A stretch of DNA of 64,000 bases from an uncultured virus (IMG/VR IMGVR_UViG_3300043424_000625) (lineage: Duplodnaviria > Heunggongvirae > Uroviricota > Caudoviricetes), in IMG/VR virus record IMGVR_UViG_3300043424_000625, positions 1-64,000 of that record. One strand, given 5' to 3'. Below, piece after piece: positions 10,281 to 19,590 of the stretch. Every line of letters begins with the position of its first letter. The stretch's first letter is position 1. The position numbers and the translations under genes were made by a program. The notes under the pieces were generated by a model. It was not told the DNA's origin and ran no database searches. It worked only from the letters and a program-made list of their open reading frames with translations.

Positions 10281-11090
10281 TCACAGCTTTTGAGGGCAGT
10301 GATAGGAATACGGGCAGAACCCGCAATCGTCCTTTGACGCATCGGCGATCGGAGGTTCCCCCTTCTCAAGCGCAAGGTCTACGACCTGGCCCTTGTTCTT
10401 CCACCATCTGCGGTAGTACTTCTCGTCGTAGACCATCACAAATTCTTTGACGTTGTGGGGCCACGACTTGCTGACATACAAGAAGCTGATGAACGGGACT
10501 TCGAGGGCCTTGGCGTAGATGGCCACAGCCTGCGTAATGTGATCGTCCTTCGGCTTCACGAGCGTGTCGAATTCTTTGCCAATACTTTTGATCTCGACGA
10601 GGACCCGAGCCTGCTCAATCTCGGCGACGCCGTCCGTGTGACTGCCGAGTACCATCGCCTCGTCCAGATCGACCGTCATCTCATCCGCGAACTTACCAGG
10701 CAGCGCGGCATGCAGCGCCTTCTGCACAACATCGTGAATCGCGTGGCCCATCGCGAAGGTGATCTGCAACTCTGGGGAGATCACTGACTTGGGACGAATG
10801 CTTGCATCGACATCGTAGTAGAGGCGGCGAACACAGGAGGCCGCCGAGCTTGCGTGAATCGTGCCCACGCTGCGCTCGGGCTTCTTCCAGGTTCCGGTCC
10901 CGTGGCAGGCACGGCAAGGTTCATCCGCCGGAATTGCCTTCCATGCCGTGTATTCGGTGAGCGTCATGCCCTCCTGCTGGCCCAACTTCTTCACGCCCAT
11001 GTAGTAGTAGCCGCGCATGTTGATGCTTTTGCGCACGGCCTCAATCTCTTCGGCAGAGAGACCCTCAAGGTCCTTAATCGTCCTGATCAT
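10281..11090 (-). CDS. Cas4-like PD-(D/E)xK exonuclease with Fe-S cysteines
   Basis: ASS..SCVRRLYY, G.AIH, TDG...VEIKS, C-terminal CGFCPYSYHC. Confidence 0.75.
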   Translation of the reverse strand: MIRTIKDLEGLSAEEIEAVRKSINMRGYYYMGVKKLGQQEGMTLTEYTAWKAIPADEPCRACHGTGTWKKPERSVGTIHASSAASCVRRLYYDVDASIRPKSVISPELQITFAMGHAIHDVVQKALHAALPGKFADEMTVDLDEAMVLGSHTDGVAEIEQARVLVEIKSIGKEFDTLVKPKDDHITQAVAIYAKALEVPFISFLYVSKSWPHNVKEFVMVYDEKYYRRWWKNKGQVVDLALEKGEPPIADASKDDCGFCPYSYHCPQKL

Positions 11091-11544
11091 CTTTGTACTT
11101 CTCGAGAAGTTGAAGGAACCAGTGCTCAGGGATGACGTAGTAGCCTTCCCCCTCAGTCCTGAACTCAACATAGAACAGTGGAATTTGGTCCTTGGTTGCC
11201 TGCCCGGCAATCTTGACTAAATCCGCTGCCTTTAGAGAGTATGACTTACTATCGGTGTATTTACATTCCACACGAACCAGGTCCGACTTGATGTCTCCTT
11301 TGTCCACGGGCGTCTGCCCGGATGCAATCGTTTGGCGTGCCCCGAGGTCCTTAGCAACTCGACGCTCCTGCTTGTCAGCCTGAGCGCGAGTGCTTTGGCT
11401 TCGCGGAGCCCGAGGAACGTACTCCTCGGACTGGATCTCGTGGCGGGGAAAGGCCCGGTCGCATGTGCGACAGCGGACCTTTCCCAACGACCACGGAACC
11501 AGATTGACTCCGCTACAGACGGGGCACGTTGGCCTCCGGCTCAC
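11074..11544 (-). CDS. Hjc-type PD-(D/E)xK Holliday junction resolvase with N-terminal zinc ribbon
   Basis: QERRVAKDLG...ASG...KGDI...VECK motif; CPVC...CRTC. Confidence 0.7.
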   Translation of the reverse strand: MSRRPTCPVCSGVNLVPWSLGKVRCRTCDRAFPRHEIQSEEYVPRAPRSQSTRAQADKQERRVAKDLGARQTIASGQTPVDKGDIKSDLVRVECKYTDSKSYSLKAADLVKIAGQATKDQIPLFYVEFRTEGEGYYVIPEHWFLQLLEKYKDDQDD

Positions 11545-12683
11545 CCGTACGAGCAGCGGATGCCCGCCGCTCGCATCGTGTCGTCTTCAATCTTCTGGAG
11601 AAGCCCATTGTCGAGGACGAACTTCACCGCTGAATCGAGTCCCTGCCCAATCTGCTGACCTTGGTAGAAGTACCAGGCCCCCTTTCTCGACATGACTTCG
11701 TAATCGGCCGCAACAGCAATCGAGTGCGCTGCGCGATTGATGCCCGTGTGCTTGAACAGGTAGTCGTAGGTGCCAGAGGCTCCTTCGTGACCTCCAGCCT
11801 TCTGCTTGGTGATCTCCCACCGCACTGTCTTTCCAGTGGTGAGGTCACCATCGCGGACCTTCGCCTGCGGCGACATCTCAATCGTGACCCAGCGCGCGTG
11901 CTTGAGTGCCCATCCTCCCGCCTCAACTGTCTTTGGGGAGTACTTGTTGGCGCGGTCGGTGTTGTCGCGGACCTGGTTGATCCCGATGACACAAGTGAGG
12001 TTCGGATTGCCGTCCTTGTCAGGACCGAGTGCCGCGTTCAGTTTGCGCGCAAAGCGCGTGTTGAGAAGCGCAGCACCGCCCACTCGGTTCGGCTCGCTGA
12101 GATTGCTCTCCTCGTCGTGCTCCGTCAGCAACGATCCGAAGGAGTCAATGACGACGATGTCAAACTCTCTGGTCTCAATTAGCTCGATCGCAATCTGGAG
12201 AGACTCCTCTGCAAGCGCAGGAGGAACCGTGATGAACTCACCGACCTGCCTGCGGAGTTTCTCCTCATAGTCTGCGGGGAAGGCCTCATCGTTTGCTTCG
12301 TACTGATCCCGCAAGAGGGAGATCTCCATGTCCGACATCGCAACGCGAACTCCGCAAAGCTGCGCGTACTCCTTGTCGTAGACCATCTCAGTCGAGACGA
12401 CGGCGACCGTTGTCTTGTCCCCATGTCGTTCTTGGTGCTGGCGAATGACTTGGTTGACCAGCCAGTTCTTTCCAACTCCCTGCTTGCCGGTGAGGAAGGT
12501 CATCCCGCCGGCAGGAAGACCTCCGCCCAGCGCGATGTCGAGGTCAAGAACTCCCGTCGGTAGTCTCTTGACCTTCCAGGGCATCGTGTACTCTCCGGCA
12601 GTGAAGACCTTGCCGGGGTACTTGCTCTTGATTTTGTTGATGGCCGCCTGAGCGTTACTTTCTTCCTTCTTGGCGCGAGCCAT
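11541..12683 (-). CDS. recA: RecA/UvsX-like recombinase
   Basis: PTGVLDLDIALGGGLP.G, Walker A GKQGVGKN, VVIDSFGSL, INQVRD, GGWALKH, KGAWYFY...IGQG. Confidence 0.92.
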   Translation of the reverse strand: MARAKKEESNAQAAINKIKSKYPGKVFTAGEYTMPWKVKRLPTGVLDLDIALGGGLPAGGMTFLTGKQGVGKNWLVNQVIRQHQERHGDKTTVAVVSTEMVYDKEYAQLCGVRVAMSDMEISLLRDQYEANDEAFPADYEEKLRRQVGEFITVPPALAEESLQIAIELIETREFDIVVIDSFGSLLTEHDEESNLSEPNRVGGAALLNTRFARKLNAALGPDKDGNPNLTCVIGINQVRDNTDRANKYSPKTVEAGGWALKHARWVTIEMSPQAKVRDGDLTTGKTVRWEITKQKAGGHEGASGTYDYLFKHTGINRAAHSIAVAADYEVMSRKGAWYFYQGQQIGQGLDSAVKFVLDNGLLQKIEDDTMRAAGIRCSYG

Positions 12684-12834
12684 GCTTCTCCCACGGGCGG
12701 GTGCCGCAGTTGGGACAGACCGGAGTGAGACCCCGGTTGTCGACTTTTCTTGAGCCGCAGGAAGGGCACGAGCCCTTGCCCTCCATCGCGGTCTTTACGT
12801 GTTGGTCATCGAGGACGACAGCGTACTTGTCCAT
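12655..12834 (-). CDS. Small zinc-ribbon protein (59 aa); not in the ORF track
   Basis: AAGGAG RBS; MDKYAVVLDDQHVKTAMEGKGSCPSCGSRKVDNRGLTPVCPNCGTRPWEKHGSRQEGRK*. Confidence 0.7.
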   Translation of the reverse strand: MDKYAVVLDDQHVKTAMEGKGSCPSCGSRKVDNRGLTPVCPNCGTRPWEKHGSRQEGRK

Positions 12835-13112
12835 TTGTTTAGCTCCTTTCGGAAAGCAGGAACGGGGTGGATCCCCAGGACAAGTTTATACGCTGTGGCC
12901 CTCTTGGGCTCGTTCGAACCGACAGCAGTCTGAAATGAGTTGATCTCCCGTACTCGAGATGAGATGCGAAAGAGCCCTCGAAAGACAACATCCTGCTGTC
13001 TTTCGAGGCTCTCCGAGATCAGGTCTTTGAGAGTTGTGAGCACGAGCGCAACGACCGAGTCTGGTAGCCCGGTCCTCTTGCAGATCGCCCTCTCCAGCTC
13101 GGCCTGTGTCAC
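12795..13112 (-). CDS. HU/IHF-family DNA-binding protein
   Basis: MTQAELERAICKRTGL....V..VL..L...I.ESL....VVFRGLFRI HU-fold pattern. Confidence 0.75.
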   Translation of the reverse strand: MTQAELERAICKRTGLPDSVVALVLTTLKDLISESLERQQDVVFRGLFRISSRVREINSFQTAVGSNEPKRATAYKLVLGIHPVPAFRKELNKWTSTLSSSMTNT

Positions 13113-15514
13113 TTCGCCTCTCCCCAGGACCGAGCAGAGTCCATCGAAATCAGGATGGGAACGCGCATGGGATACGGGTTCTCCATGCAGCTGCGGATGT
13201 GGATCTTTGCCTGGTCGACAACGTCTGGAATGTTCGGAACCTCGAACACGAGCTCGTCGTGGATCTGCAACAGCATCCGAACCCCGAGTTCGCGAAGGGC
13301 CTCGTTACTCTCACAGTTGATCATCGCCTGAATGGCAATATCGGCGGCGGAACCTTGAATTCTTGAGTTAACCGATTGCCGCTGAGCCTGCATCGCCAGG
13401 CCACGTTCCTTTGACAAGATATCGGGAAGGCGGCGATACCTCCCAATGATCGTCTGTACAAAGAGATCATTTTCGCACTGGTAATGAGTGTCGTCGATGA
13501 ACTCTTGTACCTTCGGGTAGATGGAGAAGTACTTCTCGATAAGCTCCTCTGCTTCGGGACAGGTTTCGTAGTTTATCCCGTTTCGTCCGTACTTCTTGAC
13601 CATCTTCAGGCCAAGTTGTTGGCCAAGCTTCTTGGGGCCGATCCCGTACAGAAGTCCGAAGCCGACTGCCTTCATCTGACTCCGAAGCTCAAGAAGCTCG
13701 AGCTGTTCCTTGGTCGGATGCTCAGCTTTCTTTGCAGCCGCGATGTCGTCATAGTTCGCGCCAACCGCAAGTGCCCCCGTCATGGAGTGCAGGTCCTTGC
13801 CGCTGCGAATCGTGTCGATCATCCGGGGATCTTCGCTCATGTGAGCCATGATCCGCATTTCGAGCTGCTCGTAGTCAGCCACGATCAGTAGCATTTCTTG
13901 GTCGCGCGGATACTTCGGGGACTGAATGTGCGCTACATCCGGCAGATACCAGTCATCGCAAGATCCCCACTGCCCGGCGATGAAGAACTCTCGGATTCTG
14001 CGGCCCCAGTTACCACGAGCCGGAATGTTCTGAAGGTTTGGCTCTCCGGATGACAGACGGCCAGTGACCGTTCCCGCGCTCTTGAGGTCCGTGTGGATCC
14101 GCCTTCGCGCATCGACGGTTCTCGGCAATGCGTCGATATAGGTGCTGTGCAATTTCTTCAAGACTCTGTGTTCCTGAAGAAGTTGTGCTAGCGGGTTTCC
14201 CTTCTCTGCCCATTCTTCAATGACCTCCTTGCTGACTGAGGGCTTCTTCACGCCCGTTGTTCCGCCGCTGCTGAGCTTGCGTGCGGGATTGCCAAACGGA
14301 TCTAGCCACTGTCCGCCCTTCGTTGTGAAGAAGAGATCGACAAGCTGAGTCGGGCTGTTTGGATTGATCTCCCAGCCGACTTGTGCGACAAACTCGCGCT
14401 CAAGGCGGTCGATGTCCATGACCATCGGAGCGGCGAGTGCCTGAATCGCATCGACGTCCAGCTGAAACCCGCGACGCTCCATCATCCACAGAATCCGGAT
14501 GAACGTCGCAGAGACGTCGTTGTAGTAATCGAGCAATGTCATGTCGGGGTTGATGTTCTCTTTCGAGAGTAGCGACTCAAGCTCTTCTGTGAGCTTGAAT
14601 GTCGCCCAGGCGTCGAGAGACGCGTAGTCACCGACAAGCAGCGTGATCATGTCGAGCGGAGACAGCTCATTCTCCGAAGCCTTCGCCAAGTGCCCGAGAA
14701 TGAACTCGTGCGCCTCAATGAGCGCGTCCGGATCAACGAGTGCGTCCTTGTGCGAATCGCGCTCTTTGTCCGCGACGGGGCCCATCCCAAGAAGTTCGTA
14801 AAAATCGCTGACGTAGCCAGACTTTCCGCGAGTGGTTGGGCAGAGCCCGTGTTTTCTGGCGATCTTTAGAACTTTGGTAGCCGGCAGAAGTTTGGAGTGA
14901 TCCTTTCGCCCCAATCCGAGCTTCTTGGAGACGGTCTGCATGTCCTCGAGGTCATCAGGATCCATGTCAATCTGGCCAATCAGCGCCAGGATCTCCAGTG
15001 CCAGAGACGTATCGGCAGTCTCAAGGGCATCGTGCATTCGGCACAAAGTTTCGACTTCTCTGTCTGTGGTCCCCACTCCTCCAAACACTTCCGAGAACGG
15101 AGCCATCTTGAGGCCGAGATAGTCCGCCGCGCACTGCTTTAGACCGTGCCGGCCCTGTCGGTTCTCATCGTGAAGCCAGTCCATCGACACGGTGTCGTAG
15201 ATGTGCCCCGCGATGTGAATGCCGTGATTGGCGGCCATGTGCATGTCGAACTTTGCGTTTGTCATGCACTTCCGGATCTCTGGGTTCTCCAGAACAGGCT
15301 GGAACACCGGAAGCAGGCGTACTGGGGCGCAAAACCGCATTCCTTCGTAGCCGAAGGAAAAGAACTTGATCCGCGCACCGAGCTTATCGAGCCCCGTGGT
15401 CTCGGTGTCAAACCCGACCCTGGGAAGCGTCATCATATGGGCTGCAAGCTTCTTGGCCTCCTCCTCGGAGAAGACGTACATCGGCAGCGGCGTGTCAATG
15501 AACTGATAGCGCAT
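13109..15514 (-). CDS. polA: Family A DNA polymerase with 3'-5' exonuclease (no 5'-3' exonuclease domain)
   Basis: ExoI FDTETTG, NAKFD, YASLD; TGRLSSGEPNLQNIP, motif A ADYEQLEMR, motif B R..MKAVGFGLLYG, motif C QIHDELVFE. Confidence 0.95.
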   Translation of the reverse strand: MRYQFIDTPLPMYVFSEEEAKKLAAHMMTLPRVGFDTETTGLDKLGARIKFFSFGYEGMRFCAPVRLLPVFQPVLENPEIRKCMTNAKFDMHMAANHGIHIAGHIYDTVSMDWLHDENRQGRHGLKQCAADYLGLKMAPFSEVFGGVGTTDREVETLCRMHDALETADTSLALEILALIGQIDMDPDDLEDMQTVSKKLGLGRKDHSKLLPATKVLKIARKHGLCPTTRGKSGYVSDFYELLGMGPVADKERDSHKDALVDPDALIEAHEFILGHLAKASENELSPLDMITLLVGDYASLDAWATFKLTEELESLLSKENINPDMTLLDYYNDVSATFIRILWMMERRGFQLDVDAIQALAAPMVMDIDRLEREFVAQVGWEINPNSPTQLVDLFFTTKGGQWLDPFGNPARKLSSGGTTGVKKPSVSKEVIEEWAEKGNPLAQLLQEHRVLKKLHSTYIDALPRTVDARRRIHTDLKSAGTVTGRLSSGEPNLQNIPARGNWGRRIREFFIAGQWGSCDDWYLPDVAHIQSPKYPRDQEMLLIVADYEQLEMRIMAHMSEDPRMIDTIRSGKDLHSMTGALAVGANYDDIAAAKKAEHPTKEQLELLELRSQMKAVGFGLLYGIGPKKLGQQLGLKMVKKYGRNGINYETCPEAEELIEKYFSIYPKVQEFIDDTHYQCENDLFVQTIIGRYRRLPDILSKERGLAMQAQRQSVNSRIQGSAADIAIQAMINCESNEALRELGVRMLLQIHDELVFEVPNIPDVVDQAKIHIRSCMENPYPMRVPILISMDSARSWGEAK

Positions 15515-15523
15515 GGTTCCTCC

Positions 15524-15558
15524 GCAAAGACCGAGGGGCCCCAGAAGGGGCCCCTCGG
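15524..15558 (-). terminator. Terminator/stabilising hairpin after the probable SSB gene
   Basis: 12-bp perfect stem CCGAGGGGCCCC/GGGGCCCCTCGG, 4-nt loop, short TCTTT tail on - strand. Confidence 0.65.
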
Positions 15559-15564
15559 CAGTGA

Positions 15565-16683
15565 TTAGCCGCGGAAGTTGTTGTACCGCTTGGCGGAAGA
15601 GGCGAACCCGATGTCGCCCTCACGCAAGCCCAGCATCTCCGCGTACTCTGCGTTTGTCCGAGGCTTGGTGTACTCCTCGAAGTCAAACTGATTCTTCATC
15701 AGATTATCCAAGGACTCGTCGTAGGTGAGGGCTCCCTCTCCATTGACCGTCACGGGGCACTGCTTGTTCTCCATGGTGAACTCGGTGACCGGAACCACGG
15801 AGTCCAGCGCAATCGTCGGGTAGCCCGTGGGTCCGGTGACCTTCTTGAGCTTGGCCACGACCTCATGGTACTCGTGGGGCCGAGGATCCGCGCAGGAGTC
15901 ACAGTCGTACTCCGCGCGCGGGAACTCCACCGCGCCACAGTGGCGGCAGCGAATGTCCTGGTCGGCGTAGTTCATGATCTCCGAGTCCGTCATGTCCGAC
16001 TCATTCGTGTCGAGCAGGACGTTCTCGCAAGCCGGGCAGACGAACACCGAGGGGAACAGTGTGCCGCCGCACTTGCAGATCGAACGCGCCTTGCGGGCAA
16101 TCTCCTGCACCACCTTGAACTGGGTGGCCGGAAGCTCCAGGAACTTCTTGCGATAGAACCCCAGGGAGTCCACGTCTCCAGCGGTGAGAAGCTGCTTCTT
16201 CTCACGCACCGACTTGACCTCATTCCACTGGTAGACGGGCTGACCCTTCAGCTTGCCTTCCGAGTAGGTAATGACCTGCCCATTCTTCTCAATCGGGGTC
16301 TTGTGGTAGAGGGCGTAGTGAATGATGCCCACGTAGAAGCGGTTGGGCTCGCCGTACTTGGGCTCCTGCACATTCGGGTTGTTCGAGTCCGCAAGCTTCT
16401 GAAGCGTGCAGTCCGGCCCGCCGTTGCCCCGGAAGTAGCCCCAGGAAGTCGTGCCGAACTTGTTGTTGAACTGGAGCTTGAACATGGGGGCGGAGAAGTA
16501 GGGCTGCACGCCCTCCTCACTGCTGTACTTACCGGGAGTCAGCTGAATCCACGCGGACTCGTCCTTCCCGATCTTCAATTCGTCGGACCACTTGGCCGAC
16601 CAGCCGGCACGCTTGCCACGGGGATTGCCTTTGCTGTCGCGCCGAGTGCGCCCGGCGCTCATGGGGATGGTCTTAGGAGCCAT
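15565..16683 (-). CDS. Probable single-stranded DNA-binding protein with multi-Cys zinc insert
   Basis: Between primase and polymerase, strongly biased C/G-ending codons, followed by a hairpin; CKCG..CPAC..CRHC..CDSC. Confidence 0.4.
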   Translation of the reverse strand: MAPKTIPMSAGRTRRDSKGNPRGKRAGWSAKWSDELKIGKDESAWIQLTPGKYSSEEGVQPYFSAPMFKLQFNNKFGTTSWGYFRGNGGPDCTLQKLADSNNPNVQEPKYGEPNRFYVGIIHYALYHKTPIEKNGQVITYSEGKLKGQPVYQWNEVKSVREKKQLLTAGDVDSLGFYRKKFLELPATQFKVVQEIARKARSICKCGGTLFPSVFVCPACENVLLDTNESDMTDSEIMNYADQDIRCRHCGAVEFPRAEYDCDSCADPRPHEYHEVVAKLKKVTGPTGYPTIALDSVVPVTEFTMENKQCPVTVNGEGALTYDESLDNLMKNQFDFEEYTKPRTNAEYAEMLGLREGDIGFASSAKRYNNFRG

Positions 16684-17621
16684 TGTCTTCTTGCCTCACT
16701 GATACTGACGGGAGTGCGGCACAGTTCACGCAGCTCTGCTGCCGTCAGGTCATCCGGTTGGTGGATGCCTTCTGGCAGCACAACCACACTAATTCGTGCC
16801 GCTTGAAGTTTTTGACTGATTTTGAGACTTCCTGCATGACCTGCGTCGTCGTTATCCAGACACAAAATCACTTGGGAAGTTAGACTCTCAATGAGCTTCT
16901 TCTGTGCATCTGTCATGTGGCTGCCCATCAGCGCGACCACATTGTTGATGCCTGCCTGGCAGAACCACAGCGCCGCCTTGAAGCCTTCGACGATGTAAAC
17001 GGGTTTCCGTTCCGTCTTGAGCTGCGTCGCGACCTTGTTGAGCCGCCAAACATGGTCCCCTTTTGAGAATGTGGGAACCTGAAGTCCATACTCCAGAAGC
17101 TCGGTAGTATAGACTTTGTATTTTCCGAATTCACTGGTGGGCTGCTTTCCAACGATGCCCACCAGCTTCCCGTCTTTGTCTCGCACGGGAAACGTGACTC
17201 TCGACAACTTCTTGTCGTACCCTACATCATTTTCAAAGAGCACTTTTTCACTGAAGCCCTCCGACACCAGCTTCGTCGGGCACCAGTCGAAGACCCCCAA
17301 AAGCCTCTCTGGCAGGCTATCCGGAGGTGCTTCCCTCTTAGCCGGTCTTGCTTTCTTTGTCGATGATTTTTTCGCTACTCGGTCAATCGTCGCGCTTGAC
17401 TCGCCCAGCAGCCTGAGAAACGTGCGGATGTTGCCACCGCCACATCCCGCAAAGCAGTGCCACAGCCCCGTCGCAGCATTGACCGAAAGACTGGGCTTAC
17501 TCTGCCCTGGCACCTCTCCGTGAATGGGGCAGAACCCCATGTAGTTGTCCCCGGACCCCACGCGGAGTCCGGGGACATACTTTTCAAACTCCGGCAGGAA
17601 CCTAAGCTCGGAATGGGTCAT
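16659..17621 (-). CDS. dnaG: DnaG-like primase (CHC2 zinc finger + TOPRIM)
   Basis: CPIH...PSLSV...WHCFAGC; IVEG, VALMG, LCLDNDDAG. Confidence 0.88.
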   Translation of the reverse strand: MTHSELRFLPEFEKYVPGLRVGSGDNYMGFCPIHGEVPGQSKPSLSVNAATGLWHCFAGCGGGNIRTFLRLLGESSATIDRVAKKSSTKKARPAKREAPPDSLPERLLGVFDWCPTKLVSEGFSEKVLFENDVGYDKKLSRVTFPVRDKDGKLVGIVGKQPTSEFGKYKVYTTELLEYGLQVPTFSKGDHVWRLNKVATQLKTERKPVYIVEGFKAALWFCQAGINNVVALMGSHMTDAQKKLIESLTSQVILCLDNDDAGHAGSLKISQKLQAARISVVVLPEGIHQPDDLTAAELRELCRTPVSISEARRQWLLRPSP

Positions 17622-19011
17622 CTCTCTTCTTTGGTTTCTTCTTTGCCTCTTGTTTGGGGGCGCCACCGCTTCCGTCGTCGTCGTCCGCCCCCTCACTCAT
17701 CTCCATCTGCTTCTTCATGTCAAGGAACGCTTTTACGTTCGCATGAGACTGCTGCACGCTGAAGTCTGAGCCAGGGTTTGCATTGATGATGAACGGAGGG
17801 ATGACTGTCTCTCTGCTTTTCGAGAAGATGAAGAGAAGCGAAGCTCCTCTTCCAGATGGATTGGGACCGCGAAACACGCGGAAGGCGATGTCTGCGTCTT
17901 GGCCAATGCCGTCTGCGAAGGACAGGTCGTCCAGGTCTCCCGAGGGTTCCTTTGCGTTCGCGCGGTTGGCCTGCGTTGTTCCAATCACAGGGCAGCCGAC
18001 AAATTGAGCCATCGCTTTTAGGTCTTGGCTGATGTGGCTGATCTGTTTCCAGTCTGCCGTTCTCTGCCCAGATCTTCCATCCTTCATCAAGTAGAAGCCG
18101 TCCACCACAATGAGGTCCGGCTGGAACCTCTCTGCGGCGGCAATCAAGTCTTCTACTGTTGAGCCTGCCTTCTTGCCCTTGTCGGACATGAACATCAGGG
18201 CTCGGTGATGAGAGCCAGTGCTGTCTTCTTCCTCAGACTCCGCAAGCTCATCCATGAGCTCGAAGAACTCGTCGGCATCTTCTTCCGACAGGATGCCTCG
18301 ACGGAGACGATCATAGTCCACGTTACCCAGCACAGAACAGACGCGCGTCAGCATCGCCTCTCGTGAGATCTCCTTGGAGAAGATCATCACGCGATGATTC
18401 TCCAGATACGCCTTCGCCGCGATGGCGCATGCTACCCACGTTTTCATGTTGCCAGGGCGGCCGTAAATGACGATGAACTCCTCGTCTCGCATACCACCCG
18501 TCTTTTGGTTCAGAACCTCCCACGGGTACGGAATGCCGACAACCCCTCCCGACTCGGCGTGGGTGTTGTACTGTTGACGTAGCAGGGCCAATGAACCGGA
18601 CAGCAGGATGCCATCTTCTTCATGGGCCTCCACATTCATCCTCCGAATCTTCGGGAGGAAGGTGTCTAAGATCAGAGACGGATCAGATCCGTCCGTGATC
18701 TCGTCCTGCATCTCATTGAGAATGCTTTGCAGGTCAGACTGTACCTTCTGGGTCCGTACGTCTGTGATTAGCGCATTTAGCGAGTTCCGACTCGGGCTGT
18801 AATCGAAGCCCGGAAACTTCCGCAGGAACCTCTCAACGGTCGGTACTTCTCCGCGCTGCTGCGGGTCGTGGTACTCGTTCCACAGCCAGTGGTACGCATC
18901 ACGAGCGACATCCAGCGTGAACCACTCTGGAGTCAATCCTTTCTTCTTTGGTGTATTGAAGTCTCCTGTGGACAGGATGTTGCTAATAAGCTCCAATTCC
19001 GGATGTGCCAT
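17602..19011 (-). CDS. dnaB: DnaB-like replicative helicase
   Basis: Walker A GRPGNMKT, FSKEIS, VVDGFYLM, TQANR, DGIGQDAD. Confidence 0.9.
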   Translation of the reverse strand: MAHPELELISNILSTGDFNTPKKKGLTPEWFTLDVARDAYHWLWNEYHDPQQRGEVPTVERFLRKFPGFDYSPSRNSLNALITDVRTQKVQSDLQSILNEMQDEITDGSDPSLILDTFLPKIRRMNVEAHEEDGILLSGSLALLRQQYNTHAESGGVVGIPYPWEVLNQKTGGMRDEEFIVIYGRPGNMKTWVACAIAAKAYLENHRVMIFSKEISREAMLTRVCSVLGNVDYDRLRRGILSEEDADEFFELMDELAESEEEDSTGSHHRALMFMSDKGKKAGSTVEDLIAAAERFQPDLIVVDGFYLMKDGRSGQRTADWKQISHISQDLKAMAQFVGCPVIGTTQANRANAKEPSGDLDDLSFADGIGQDADIAFRVFRGPNPSGRGASLLFIFSKSRETVIPPFIINANPGSDFSVQQSHANVKAFLDMKKQMEMSEGADDDDGSGGAPKQEAKKKPKKRDDPFRA

Positions 19012-19292
19012 TACAGGGGATCCTCATCGTCATATGCAAGTACTTGTTCTTCTTGCGGCGGGCCGAGGCCCAGATCCTGACAGATCTGGGCCTCGACTTT
19101 GCTGACAAGCTCAAAGAGCTGGGGGCCGAGGACCTCATGGGCGAAGGAGGTCTCTCCACCGCCGATCTCTCCGGTGAACGTCTTGTTCTCCAGGCCGACC
19201 ACGTAGGAGACCCGGATTTCTCCGGAATTGGGCGTAATCTCCACCCGTAGAATGCGAAGGGAGACTTTAGCCTCTTCCGCTGAGTTCCTCAT
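19011..19292 (-). CDS. Hypothetical protein (93 aa)
   Basis: GAGG RBS before ATG 19292; stop overlaps helicase start. Confidence 0.55.
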   Translation of the reverse strand: MRNSAEEAKVSLRILRVEITPNSGEIRVSYVVGLENKTFTGEIGGGETSFAHEVLGPQLFELVSKVEAQICQDLGLGPPQEEQVLAYDDEDPL

Positions 19293-19590
19293 AGAGTTCC
19301 TCTGCCTCTCGCTTAGCGACTTCGAGGTGGTCCCGCACTGCTTCCAGTACGAGAGTCCTGGCCTCGTCAATCGTAGCCGCGTCTTGATTGCAGGACAGGT
19401 GGACGCTGACCCTTACCTCATAGCCGTTGCCGTAATCCTTGTCCGCGTAGGACATCGCAAGACTCACAGATGCCTTGCCATCCCCTACCAGGGCGGCGAA
19501 CTGATCCTTCTCCATCGACATCTCCTTGTGCGTGACTGCGGCGGAGTACAGCCGGCGCTCCTTGCCGGCTGCGATGGACACTTCAATCAC
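19267..19590 (-). CDS. Hypothetical protein (107 aa)
   Basis: Tightly coupled within the operon, coding-like codon usage. Confidence 0.6.
   Translation of the reverse strand: MIEVSIAAGKERRLYSAAVTHKEMSMEKDQFAALVGDGKASVSLAMSYADKDYGNGYEVRVSVHLSCNQDAATIDEARTLVLEAVRDHLEVAKREAEELYEELSGRG

Noticed and set aside
10281..11090. Cas4-like gene as a sign of a CRISPR-Cas system
   Set aside because: No cas1/cas2 and no repeat-spacer array seen; solo Cas4-like nucleases are common in phage recombination modules
13109..15514. Intein or intron in the DNA polymerase (also considered for RNAP, helicase and terminase)
   Set aside because: No C/S...HN-C/S/T splice junctions or homing endonuclease motifs noticed; reading frames are continuous
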